A stretch of 62,934 nucleotides of DNA, filler included, from Sphacelaria rigidula (lineage: Eukaryota), in the NCBI GenBank assembly GCA_964200075.2. It is 4 parts of 4 records of this genome, joined end to end, with 100 filler letters (N's around TTAATTAATTAA, not from the genome) between each part and the next. Parts side by side here need not be neighbours in the genome. Positions count along the whole stretch, not along the records: positions 1 to 15,664 come from CAXNAA020001655.1; positions 15,765 to 31,426 come from CAXNAA020001656.1; 2 more parts are not named here. One strand, given 5' to 3'. The stretch's first letter is position 1. Each line of letters starts with the position of its first letter. Of this stretch, positions 12,652 through 25,137 are shown piece after piece. The notes under the pieces are model-generated. The model was given only the letters and a program-made list of their open reading frames with translations, was not told where the DNA came from and did no database searches. The position numbers were made by a program, and so were the translations under genes.

Positions 12652-14647
12652 TCAAGACACAACCGTGGTGGTTCAGAGAAAGTCTGGCACCTGTAACAGG
12701 AATCCGACAGCCACAAGCTGAACCAGCCTAGAGCAATCTTTACTTGGTGCTGAACCGGGCCTCACGTGAAGGGAAGACCGTATAGTAGCATATTTGACCG
12801 TACCGTCTACCCCAGCAGATCTACAGCTAAGGGGCGAGAACGAACGGCAGTTGCGCTCCTCTCTCACGAACAGCGTACAGGCAGAGAGATTTTTATCGGC
12901 ATGAAGACTTCATCATCTCTGCCATGTCACGATGCCCGTGTGGCGAGAGCGGGTGTCCCGAAAACGGGCGACGCTGTGCGATTAGAGTGGATTATGGCTC
13001 GTGTTGGGTCTGTACTGTCGAGATCGAGCTGCGGCCTGATAGGTGTCAAAGCCCAGGACTCATGATCGGAATTGATCCAGAGGTTCGAAAGAAGGGCGGG
13101 TTAGCCCCTTCAGAGCACGAATTCCACCCTCCCGAAGAAGGGAGAACAAATGAAACAGAATATGGCAGCAAGCGCAATAAGGAACATACTATTAGGTATT
13201 TCGAACGGCACATGTAAATCGCCGCCGAACTTTAGGGATCCAAAAGTACACGGGATTGATGAAAAAGCCGGGAGTATTGATACCAAGAACCCCGTGCCCG
13301 AAGCTACACACAGTTTAATGAGCCTCTAAGAGTGCGTTTGTACGTGTGGTGCACACCTGAGCTCCTCGTTCGGAGTGCGGATGGTTGTACACGACTTGGA
13401 GAACGGCGACAGGAAGTACTCCTTCGAAAAATGCGCTGTAACAAACCAATTGCATGTGCACAAACTGGCGTATTACTATTACATTATTCTTGGTATTCAG
13501 CTCCGTGAGATGCGAAAGGATGTGAAAAGGATCGCGAAAAAGTCGACGTGTTATTGCATAAGAGGCGTCCGTTCCTCTCTGTTTCTTTTTTGTGGGTAAC
13601 TTGACATTGGGAGTCCACCTGATGGGACCCGCAGATGAGAACTTTAGATACCTAGCCCCCACCCCCCCCACCCCCTTATCTCCCGCTTGTCAACGCCGCA
13701 CCCACAAGGCGATCATCCCCCGTGTACCCTGACTGTGCCTGGAGGTGGTACGTGACTTTGGATTTTTTTTTCGTGGCGAAACAGGCGTCTTACAATATGT
13801 GGCCCTTGTAGGGGGTGCAGTGCGGTGGGGAACATTACGAGTACTGCAATACACACATCTTAGTTTCTCTCACAAACACTATCGCGACTTTTTGCCACCC
13901 CTTCCGTCACGAGACTGTAATTTTAAACCCTGGTTTGTTTCACTCCTTCAACTATTCTCGTTGTATCTACTTACGCCCTCAACACTGCGATGTGAGAGGA
14001 AAGAGCTCTAACTTTCCTTCCGACTGTTTCACGTTTGTTTTTTGTTTCTCCCAAGAATACGACGCACGGACGCGCCCCAGTTTGCAGTGAGACCGGAACC
14101 GGATTGCAGCACACCGCCTCCCCGTACTCGTCAACTTCGCCGTCGCATGTCTCTCGATCCCATGAATATGGTGGCAGCCGCGACGTCCAGCCTTCTGCGT
14201 TGAAGGGAAAATATACTCGGAAAGGTAAGTTTTACACTACTGTGCCTTGCTTGCGCCGCGCTCACACTTCATTTTTCTCGGTCGCTGTGGTTGGTGCGGG
14301 CCAGGTTTGAACTGAGGAGCTTCGTCATGATCTCGTGCCGAACGGGGGGGTGTAGTTCAAGTACCCATCCGTGATCGTTTTGTGCAGAGGCGTGTTTAGT
14401 GTAGAAGAATTATTCGCACAAGAGCAGACTTGTTTGTTTGGAAATCATTACCTTCAAGGCCGTGTCTCACATCATTTTTCGATCGAAAAATTGCGGTGGA
14501 ACATCAGAAGTCCGATCTGATTGGTCGTGAATTCAACTATCGTTTATCACATATTACGATGGGTGAAATTCCGATCTATCAGATCAGAGTTTTCTTTTCC
14601 CACCGCATATTTTGGATCGAAGAATCATGTGCAAAGACACTCCCTAA

Positions 14648-14730
14648 CCCTTTAGGGACCGGACTCCCGGAAACATGCGGTTTGAACGCAGAGGCCTTTT
14701 CGTGAATCGGCATCATTTTTACTTGAAAAC
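14648..14730 (+). mobile_element. Partial second copy (left end) of the piggyBac-like MITE
   Basis: CTAA|CCCTTTAGGGACCGGACTCCCGGAAACATG...GTGAATCGGCATCATTTTTACT matches 12491-12570. Confidence 0.7.
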
Positions 14731-15664
14731 TACTGAAATGCCTCTTCTTTCCCCCCCGTACTGTGCCGGGACATTCTCCAGGCTGACCCGTTCGGTTACG
14801 GGCGATGACCATGGCGCCGGTGAATTGCGCGGCAATAGCAAGCGGCAGAGACGATGGCAGTGACCGTATCGCGTTTTATGTGTGTCGTACGTGATGTTAT
14901 TAACGTTAGGTTTTTCGTCTGCTCTTGAAATATGCTTGACTTGATCATGTCTTGTGGTTGTTTGTCGGTGTTTTTTGCGGCCCACTTGCATTGCCTGCGT
15001 GCGTGCCCGAAATAAAGTTTTGTCTCGTGTCCCTGTTTTTTGTTGCGAGTTTTATGTGTGTTAATATTGTGTTGTGTGTTTATTGTGTGTGCCTTTACGT
15101 GTCCTTAATTTCCTGTCTGCGGTTTCGTTTGCTCTGCTTCATTCTGTCAATGCTCCGGTGGAGCGCGAGTTTCGAGCATTCTCCAGAGCGCATTTTACTC
15201 TAGTCTGGCGCTATCGTAGGGGGGAAGGGAGAGAGGGAGGGATGCTACGCATGGTACTGTGTTATGCACCATTTGAACTATGATGGTTACGCGAAAACGT
15301 ACTAGCGATGCTGGTATCCATCTCTTCGATAGGTCGGTATCTTTACTCTGATCCATACCCACATATATATACATATATATATATATATATGTAGAAGAAA
15401 AAATGGTTTGCTATGGTTAGTGGGAATGGAGAGTAGGGGCGGTCGCAAATGTACGATGAGAGCACTCGCAGTAAAGAGCATTAAACATTGCAAATTAAGT
15501 GGCCTATATATATACTCGAAGGTTTAATTTTAGTTGTGGAAAATGACTTGAATGCTGGGAAGGTCGATATATTTTGCGAATGGGCGCCGGGGGGGGGGGG
15601 GGGGGGGGGGAGAGGGGCGGCCGGGGGGGGGGCGGGGAGGGCGGGGGGGGTTAGGTTTTTTTTT

Positions 15665-15764
15665 NNNNNNNNNNNNNNNNNNNNNNNNNNNNNNNNNNNN
15701 NNNNNNNNTTAATTAATTAANNNNNNNNNNNNNNNNNNNNNNNNNNNNNNNNNNNNNNNNNNNN
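15665..15764. other. Artificial 100-nt contig spacer
   Basis: N44-TTAATTAATTAA-N44, a six-frame stop linker. Confidence 0.97.
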
Positions 15765-15768
15765 GGCA

Positions 15769-15827
15769 TTGTAGGGATGCGAGGTCAATGGTCTAATGAC
15801 TATGGCATGCATGATCATGAGTACACC
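15769..15827 (-). repeat. SINE tail module, family B, without the SINE body
   Basis: TTGTAGGGATGCGAGGTCAATGGTCTAATGACTATGGCATGCATGATCATGAGTACACC. Confidence 0.85.
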
Positions 15828-15988
15828 AGCACAAGTCGCTCGAAATCACCACCCCAATTGTGAACCTCCGGTCAAAAACATTCCCATGTATTGGTGAGGC
15901 ATGTCTGCTGCTGGTGTCAAGACGCAAGAATCTCAACGGTTTGGAAAGAGCTGCCGTGATTCGGCATCTCCTCGCTGGCGGCAAGAAC

Positions 15989-16057
15989 TTTAGGGTTAGG
16001 GTTGGGGTAAGGATATAGGATTAGGGTTGGGATATTTCGATACCCTCACCCTAACCC
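15989..16057. repeat. Interstitial telomere-like repeats
   Basis: TTAGGGTTAGGGTTGGGG...TTAGGGTTGGG followed by CCCTCACCCTAACCC. Confidence 0.55.
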
Positions 16058-16231
16058 GAAGCCATCCCCTCCCTTTTTGAACGGATTTTTTGTTTGTCAT
16101 CGAATTTGATATCCGATCATACGTCAACGTTGTCCGACCTCCCCCAGTGGCTGAATGACATACTTCGATAGTGTAGAAACCGACCTTATATTGGGAGCGT
16201 CTGTACCGATCTTAATTTTGTGAACGGAGGG

Positions 16232-16346
16232 AGTATATGAAATAGAAAACGCCTGTGGTGACCTTTCTCCTGTGTGACCTCAGCTGATTCGCCCACGTGT
16301 ACCGAAAGGTGTAAACTGGCGAATAGATGGATGGCAGCACAGACAC
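16232..16346 (+). repeat. Short retroposon-like 3' end fragment
   Basis: GACCTTTCTCCTGTGTGACC...GCCCAC..TACCGAAAGGTGTA...GAATAGATGG...ACAGACAC, homologous to 35443-35587. Confidence 0.65.
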
Positions 16347-19300
16347 TTGATATGTCACGTTCTTCAACAACGGAACACAGATGCATATGGACAAAATAAT
16401 TGTATCTGCTAGAAATCGAACACCCTGAGTCGCCCATCCGGTTCAATGATCAACCAGTTGGATCACCGAGGCGCTTCGTTGTAAACACGAAAACATATGT
16501 TTGGAAGTCGATTGACCCTTTGGCGGTGAGCCGTAGTCCGTCTGTGAGTTTTCTCCACTTTCACTCGAAAAATAGTGAAAATGATGGCGATTCACACCAA
16601 ACCCTTGCAGCGCAAAACGTTAGCCGGCTCTTTCCTCCTTCTTTTTTGTCGCGGATTCCTCGCAACCAGTGTCTGTGGATAGAGAACGCCCACATGAAAA
16701 TGTCGTTATCACGCACATCCGCGCGTCACAGACAAGTACAGTCCATAGTTATTCGTGCATAAGTCAGTCGGGGTCAAACAAGGTTGTCGTGAGATTAATG
16801 GTGTTGGTTGCGATTGAGAGTCAGCTTTTAATCAGAAGATGCTTGTTTTCGTGAAATCCATGAGTTGACGAAAAATCGACGAGTAACAAAACAGTAGGAA
16901 CGATCCGTCTCTGTGGAACTAACAATAAAGGGAAGGGGAATCAGCATATCAACCGTCGAAACATTCCTCTCATCAATGCGCCGCTGCACGTTGGACAGGT
17001 TATGATATAATACACGTCGGACATAGTGCCGCCATGCATTCCGAAGGTGATCTTTCGATTCATACGTCGAGTGCAAGTGTAGGATATTGAGCCGTCGCGC
17101 TTCCAATGAATTGCAAGCCGGCGCTTGATTGCTTTCGGAATACATCCAACGACTGAGTCGTCGGAATCTCAACCCTTTGACCGCCAGGCTTAGGAATCAG
17201 GGTCGCGCAGTCACGTTCCAAGTAAAGATGGCGATTCCACAAAGCTTCAAAGCTGACTCTCAATCGAATGCTGCACTCTCAATCTCACGAAAGCCTTGCT
17301 GTCAGGGCCATCGCTGTCTCGGCTGCTGTGTTATAAAAAAAATGCACCGCGAAAAATTGGGGCGAGACAAGAAAACCCCGCTATAATGGGTCCACGTCGT
17401 TTCTGCTCTCACATGGCTCCATCTTCTTCCTTGTTAACTCTTCGTGTGCGACGGGATTGAGCAAAAGTAGAAACTCGGTTGCGGCGGAAAGAGAACCATG
17501 TCAATCTGAAGAAATCCATGTAATGATTGTAATGCGCAACGGTTGGAAATGTGTCCTGAACATAACAAGGCATGTTCCGCCAGCTAGGGGCACGTAGGCT
17601 GAACGCCTGACACGTTCAGAGACACTCATAGCTACAGTCCACCGCAGTACGAGGCACAGTTTCAGGAGCGTTGGTGCGATCTTGGGCGAGTAGCGGTGAT
17701 ATGAGTGAAATGTTGTTGCTCTGTATGTTCAACGAACCGTCAGTTTTACTGATACTGTCGCCGCAAAACAGACCTCACTGCTTCCGTTTCCGGTGGATGA
17801 TAACAAAACGAAGCACGCAATCAACCAGCCGGTTGAGAGCGACACACCGGGCTACTCGTGTCCACCGTTGTGTCGCGTGCCGTGCATGTATCTCGTCATC
17901 TACGTGTGAACAGCTTCGAGGTGAGGGTTAGGGTTTGGGACATTTGCCGTGGATCGTAACGTCCATGCCAGTGTCTTGCTGTCTCTTGCTACTCTTGATG
18001 AAATTCATCTGGACCCAACAGCCAGGTGGAAAAGATGAAGACGCTGGTCACGCTGGTCACGCTGGTGAAGTTGACACACGCAATGATAACACGTACGGGA
18101 CCCTAAGGGTGAGCTCATCCTTCCCATAAATCCCTACTTCTTTTGGCAGATATTTGCTTCTGAGCATTCGGCAGGAACCACCTATCAAAACACGAAAACC
18201 CTCAACTTGCCCTCTCAACCATGTCAGTAGAGACTTGAACTTATCCTATCGGTCAAAACATTTAAATTATCACGCGGAAGAGAACCCGCCCGATGAGGGG
18301 TGTCGTTATGTCATGCAGTGCTTGTTTTGATACACCTGGTATGCTTGTACGTACGGCTGTCCCTCGAGAGGTCGAAAGATGGAACCTTGCGATCCCTAGT
18401 TCTTTGCGATCCCTAGTTCTTTGGTTGGTGGTATTTGGGGCCTTGAGTCTCGCCCGTAGTCGGACCCTATGTTCATTTCTACTGGGCCTCGCGCGTCGAG
18501 TTGAAAAGCCGGGTGCCACCTCCTGAAGTCCGAACGGCCACATGCGGCACCGGATCTTCTGAGGTTAGCGATATGCATTCTATTTCTTCTTTGTTATTTA
18601 TCCCTGGTTCGCTTGTATCGCGATTTGTGAGTTTTGTTTTCTGGGTCTATTTTTGTTTTTTTGGTTTGTTTGATTTCCTCATACCTTATTATAGCTAGCT
18701 AGCTTGGGACCATGGAAGGTGTCCGCATCAGATGCCCAGTACGAATGTACCGCGCAGATATCGGAACGGCTTTTTAATGTGAAGACAGCAACACCACCAA
18801 CAACCATAAGAGAACCCGTCAAAGCATACGGATGGGCAACTCGTGGCCATCCATGTCCTACGCTATGGCCATATATCAAAAACCGGCGAGACAATCAGAT
18901 CTGCCAGCTGACCGCGGGCGCTAGAAGTAACGAGATGGAGCACGATACTCCAAGTCCTCAATATTTTCAGAGTTTTTCCAGTATTAAGTATTGCCGAGTA
19001 CTGCCGAGTACCGACTGCCGAAAATTGAAGGTAGAATCCCGAAGGACCTCGAGTATTGACTCATTCAAAGTGAGGCGTAGCCCAGAATGCCTACTGTCAG
19101 ATAGAGGCCTAATATGCGGTGCTGGGTCAAAATGGCAAGATGAAAGAACTCATGAAGTTTGAGTTTAAATAGATATTTTCATTACTTTTTTTCTCCGGGG
19201 CGGCTACGGCATCCCTTTTCTTCGGTCCCAGAGCTACCACAGCATCTCGTATCACAGCGGAGTAACGCAGAATCTACTGTACCGTCTGTGTGCTGTCTCT

Positions 19301-19940
19301 CCTCTATCCTCGTCCTCGCGTGGACAGCTCAAGATGCCCCCACACGGTTCCGTAGGCAACAGTTCCAACACATGGCAGCACAATAGTGGCGCATGCATGA
19401 TACCAGGGTATCGACGGTCAAGGTCTACGTACATTCAAAGGGCTACCATTGAGGTGAAAGGTGCGGTGGCCCAATTTTGGGGCTGCGGCCCATTCTAAGT
19501 CTCCTGTCAATTTGCAAATACATATAAGACACATGCGCTGATACTCCGTACATCACTTGTATCTTATATTCACGAGCAGGATTACAGTAAATACACGTCG
19601 GTGCGGCACTGCACTGTATGAACTGTACTGTCACGTATACTTGACCCACTCTATGGCAGTCTGTTGTGCTGACTGCGGCCCACCGTTCTCACAGGAGGCA
19701 ATGTGCATTGTCTGCCTGACAAGAACAAGACCAACGGCTGCGTGGCATCTGCTGTGCTGTGATTCACCCACGAAGTAATTGATAGCTAATGGGGAAAAAT
19801 GTCGTGTCGTGGTCATAGTCCCATTCGCATGGATGACATTGGCTACCAACGCGTGCGCTATGTTCGTTGTGCAATCCTGATCACCAGAGAGCTCACATAA
19901 GTGTCACGTTGAAGATAGGGGGTATCTGAAGTATCCGACT

Positions 19941-20312
19941 GCCCGGTGTTTGGGACATCTCATACCCTACCGATACCGGTCCAATTGGGTATGTTCAAAT
20001 GTCATACCTACGATACCGACGATACCACCGTATTTCGAGATGTCAAGACTTACCGCACCTGCTCGATCGGGTATTTTCAAAACTCATACCTACGATACCC
20101 ACGTTACCACGGTATTTCGGGACTTCAATACCTACCGTACCCGCCCAATCGGGTATTTTCAAATTTCGTACCTACGATACCGACGATAGCATGGTATTTC
20201 GAGATGTCAATACCTCCATACCGTACCCGCTCAATCGGGTATTTTCGAGACTCATACCTACGATACCTACGCATACCACGGTATGGGATACCCGCCAAAT
20301 CCGGGGGTATAC
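19941..20312. repeat. ~370-bp element with about 4 internal ~82-bp tandem units, copy 1
   Basis: GGGTAT.TTC recurs at ~19987, 20069, 20151 and 20237; units carry CATACCTACGATACC. Confidence 0.8.
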
Positions 20313-21330
20313 CCGATAAATACCGGACGCGATGCACTCCCCATGGTGCAGCAGCTGGTCACAACGTACGCAAATGCCAGAAGTTGTCGGAGCAGGTACG
20401 TCTTGTTTTCACAAGTAATATATACCCAGATTCCCCCTGATTTTTGTGTTCGGATCAATTCGAATGAACTTATTGTTATGTTGTCTAAAGTGCGGCCGAT
20501 TGTTTTTTCTAGATCTGATAGGTCCACCGCATTTCTGTTCTTTGAAGTCGTTAACTCAAATTTGTAATTAGTGGCGCGCGGAGAAAAACTACAAAACAAT
20601 AAAGCCAAGCCTTTTCGATCGAAAACATGCGGTCGAAAGGCACGAAGCGGCACTTGACTCTCATCTTACAGACCACAACGTCAGATGACACCCTTTCACA
20701 GAACCATGAAAACTCCATCCAACTCATTCTCAGCTACCACGGCAACCCTCAGCATCGAAGCATCGAGTACGAGTTGAGCACAGGGATAGATGCACTGCAG
20801 TAGTTGGGTATGCTTTTTGCTTTTGGCGGAAACTTGCGCATCTTCTTTCCATGGTAGGATCAGCGACGGATCTGCGTGGTACGGTGGGCAACCGAGTTGC
20901 GTACACGCTCATGGACAGTGCAGGCAGTGCAAAGCTGCACGTTGTTGAAGTCCTTTTCACGTCGCATTGTAAGCAGAGAGAACTGGTAGTCCTGAACTGT
21001 TTGCACGGCACGTTGCCCGCTTCTGTTTGAATCGTACTGTACGAAGCACGCACACGCGCACTCGAGACACACTGCTTGCAAGCAGTGCAGACAGTACAGA
21101 CTGTTTGTACCGTACACGAGTGACCATGTGCCGTTTCACGAATATCGCTTCCTTTTTTCGATCGAAAGCTTGAAAATTCGATTCATACTCGACAAAAATG
21201 AGCGATTTTCGCTCAAATCAATTCCACCGCCTCATTTTTTCGATCTGACAAAATAGTGCTACCACACGCCCTGAAACTTCTCCGCACTGCCGGACGACAG
21301 TTTCGAAATCGGTATATAGAGGGTAAGGCA

Positions 21331-21703
21331 GGTACCCGGTAGTGGTGTATGGGGCATCTCATGCCCTACCGATACAGACTCAATCGGGTATTTTCAAACG
21401 TCATACCTACGATACCTACGATACCACGTCATTTCAAGGTACCAGTACCTACCGTACGTGCCCAATCGGGTGTTTTCAAATGTTATCCCTACGATACCTA
21501 CGATACCATTTTTTGAGATACCAGTACCTACCGTACCCGCCCAATTAGGTGTTCTTAGACTCATACCTACGATGCCTACGATACCACGGTATTTTGCGAT
21601 TCCAATACCTACCGTACCCGCTCAATCAGGTATTTTCAAAACTCATACCTACGATACTCACGCATACCACAAAATGGGATACCCCAGTAAATACCGGGGG
21701 TAT
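21331..21703. repeat. Second copy of the 82-bp-unit element
   Basis: Same units and same non-repetitive flanks (GG.CATCTCAT.CCCTACCGATAC ... GCATACCAC...GGGATACCC...CCGGGGGTAT). Confidence 0.8.
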
Positions 21704-22475
21704 GCTTAGTATGGTACCTTACCTACGGTTCCCGTGGAAGAATCGTACGAATCATATCTGGACGGCTCAGCGCGTGGGCTGAGGAGGCTGGACCCCAGTG
21801 TTTTTCGTCTACGTGACCCCCGAACTCTCTGTTGGGGTCCCGATCAACCGTGTATTGAATGGAAATTGCAGCACCAAATACAGAAATGGCTGCCGCTTCA
21901 AGTGAAAATATATCGCCATTTCTTTTGCTAGGCGCGCGGCGTGGAACAACCCGTTGGTATTTACAAAGGTTAAAAAGTGCCACTTTTCTGTCGTCTGCTA
22001 TCCCTTCCTCCCTCCCAATCGTATTGTCGTACAAACGTTGTCCGTGTCCGGGTAAGTAGGGCATGCGTCACAGCAGAGTTCACCAGCCTTCGCTTCCAGA
22101 CACAACTAGCGGGCGACCAACAGAGATATCCTACTTGAAGGCTACCTCACACTCCTGCTTGTGTAGTCGCAGACAGTAATGGCATGGCGATTATTTTTCT
22201 TCTTGAAAAACTCAGCGAAGATGACGCCCTTGTGATGGTTGAGATCCAAACGGGCAACTAGCGAGTGGTGGGTCTTATGGATCGGCAGTGCTGCAGGCAC
22301 CCCAGCTGCCCCCGCTGCGAGCTTGGGCCCCTGTGCTCAATCTCGCTGTACTCATCCTTTCGTCACCTTCGTGCTCACACTTAATCCCTGTAGTCGTTCT
22401 ACTGCGATCGTACGTCACCCTACAGACGGCTGAGCATTTCTGTGTTGGGTGCTGTAGCTTGCCGTCGCATGTGAC

Positions 22476-22492
22476 TTGTTGTTGTTGTTGTT

Positions 22493-22570
<78 letters not shown>
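22476..22570. repeat. (TTG)n microsatellite
   Basis: About 30 near-perfect TTG units. Confidence 0.97.
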
Positions 22571-23157
22571 CTAATATCCGTCACATCAGCTCGCTCTCTC
22601 GAACCCGTGTTGACTATGACTAGAATAAGGTCAGCAAACAGGGCCATGATGGTAGTGCGTGCAGTACAGTGAGTGAGTACCCTTGAACGCAATGGGGGTA
22701 CACCCTCACGCATAGTGGGTGACATGGAAGTCCGTAGCGTTTCACTCGGGCTCCTATTAGCCCACATTTGATGCACTCGATTTTGGGCGAACTTCGAAAG
22801 GGTATTTACGCTCCACCCCGTGCTATCCATTGCCTCAATTTCAAAGACGTGAAGTGAAACACACGGCTTCTGCACATGCTTGTAGAGCGCAGGATTTGCC
22901 CAGCGAAGCCCTCAATAAGGCACAGCACACATTAGCATATGTATGTGCACAACTCCACAGAAGATGGATGTGATGTATCGTGCATCGTGCGAATCTTTTC
23001 TATGCTTCTGTCTTGTCTTGTCTTCGATTTTGACCGACTCACCAGGAAAAACTGCCAAACGTGATCACATCACACGCCATCAGTATCACTGTCGCCCAAA
23101 CCTATTCCGTAAATGCATTTTGGCAGATGCATATTAAAATCGTTGATGGTGCGTCAA

Positions 23158-23192
23158 GCTGTGCTGTGCTGTGCTGTGCTGTGCTGTGCTGT
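23158..23192. repeat. (GCTGT)n microsatellite
   Basis: Seven GCTGT units. Confidence 0.9.
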
Positions 23193-23790
23193 GAATATGC
23201 CAACGTCGGCGGTTACATATCAGCACCCAGGGTTTCAAAGATATGCCCAGCGAAAATAATACCATACGTTCTGCAATTGGGTACACTTGTGGTGAAGATC
23301 AGCAGCAGTTTCGTTCATTGGAGTAAGTCTCGTGACCCAATGCCTGATGTCGCAACATAGAGGAGCATGGCCGTGAGCTGGTCCCGACGAATGGGCTCAT
23401 CTGGGTCCACAGCCGTTTTAACCATGGCAGTCATGTCAACAATTTACACAAGTTGTGTTGGGGTCCATTTACAGTCTATTTACACCGCAAGGACACACTC
23501 ATGGGGTGCTTCATCTGTTTCTTACTTCTACCTGGAGATCGGATATTCGCGCTGGGCAGGGCGAGCTGATGCGTGGTGCCCGCAGCGTTTGAAGAAAATA
23601 CAAATAAATTTCGTTCGGATATATTTGGCCCCTTTCCGCGTTGGGCAAGCAGGGGGGCATGTGTGCCTTGGAGTTGATCCCCAACACCCGTGGCTGCGAG
23701 GCTTACAAAGCATGCGTACAGTCGGTCATCGGATACGTCTGCAGTCGGCAACACAGACTACTTTGCTTGTCTAATGCTGGTGCTTGGCAG

Positions 23791-25097
23791 GGCGAAAAAG
23801 TGGAATGTCTTCGCAGTCTCTGGAAGAAAGAGGAGCAGCTGAGGAACAAACTGAGGTTAATGATGCAGCAGGAGTTGATCAAGCAAGAGTTCGTGATGAA
23901 GAAAGAGTTCCTTTGTCTCGAGTCAGCTAACAATCGGGTCAAAGTTTCCAGACGCCGTTTCTCTCCGAGGCAGCAGTGCGGTGAGCCGGCACAATGGGCA
24001 GAATATTAACCTCGAATGGACGTTTCGCCCGCGCACCCTGAAAATATCTCGCTCGGCATTTCTATCTTGCTTTACCACCCATCCTGCGGTCCGTGTAAAA
24101 GTGGTGCGGCCTTGCTAATTCGTCGTCGTAGCCGGGAGTCCCCCTACCAATTACGTGGGCGTTAAGTCAAATCGTTTGGATGGCAGTAGCGTTCCAGCTT
24201 GACAAAAAATTCGTACACCGCGGAAAAGTACCGTTGCAGCACAAAGTTTCGCATGGTTTTGTGCGTTTCGGAGGGATAGGCTGACCCACGTCTTGTACAG
24301 TATACAGTAGTTCAACTTGTTTGACCTTGCCCTGAACGCGAGCTCCTCCGTCACTGCTTTTTGCAATCTTCCTTCACGCTACGATCAGGATGTCCGAAGT
24401 CGACACCAGCGACAGAAACGGCGCCACAGTCGCCGCTACACGTAGCAGCTGTACCTACAACGATACCCCCAGCATTTCCCGCAGCGTCCATGCTACCGAC
24501 GGCGGCACCCTCCGCCGCAGCATCAACAGCAACAGCAGCGGTGCTTGCCCCCCTGGGGTTCTGGAATCGACCCGCACCGTCACCGACTGCAATGAATGGA
24601 ACAATCAACGATTTCGAATGGGAGGCGGCCAGGCTGCCTGACGCTACCCAAATACATCACGATGGAAACGCTAGCTCTTGGCTTGCCGCCGGTTCAAGAA
24701 GTAATGCACACACTAGTGGCGACAGTAGCGCCCTGTCCGGTGGTTTGTTGCCTCGGTCCCATGCAGGTTGTTTCGAGGATGCTATATGCGCTGGCAATGG
24801 CTTACAACCGCTACAACACGACGGCGAGGTGGAAGTCACAGATGGCCATCACGATGATGTCCATGAAAATCATGCGGACACCTTTCTCTCCTGTAGGCTC
24901 TCCCATATGAAAATGAAGGCACCTGACGAGGAGCTCATGGGTCGCCCAGAAATGAGTCAAAAGGAGACGAACCAGCGAGAAGCAAGTCCAAACAGGCAGG
25001 AGACTCGAGTAGATCGTGACAAGTCGACCGATCATGATTGTGATCATGATTGTGATGATGGTGGAGGCGGTGGTGATGCTGGTAGTAGGGGTAGGGG

Positions 25098-25137
<40 letters not shown>

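Noticed and set aside
19941-21703. CRISPR-like periodic arrays
   Set aside because: Whole 82-bp units are homologous with no unique spacers, no cas genes are present, and the context is eukaryotic.
22288-22875. Poly-Cys and poly-Thr ORFs
   Set aside because: Translations of the (TTG)n microsatellite.
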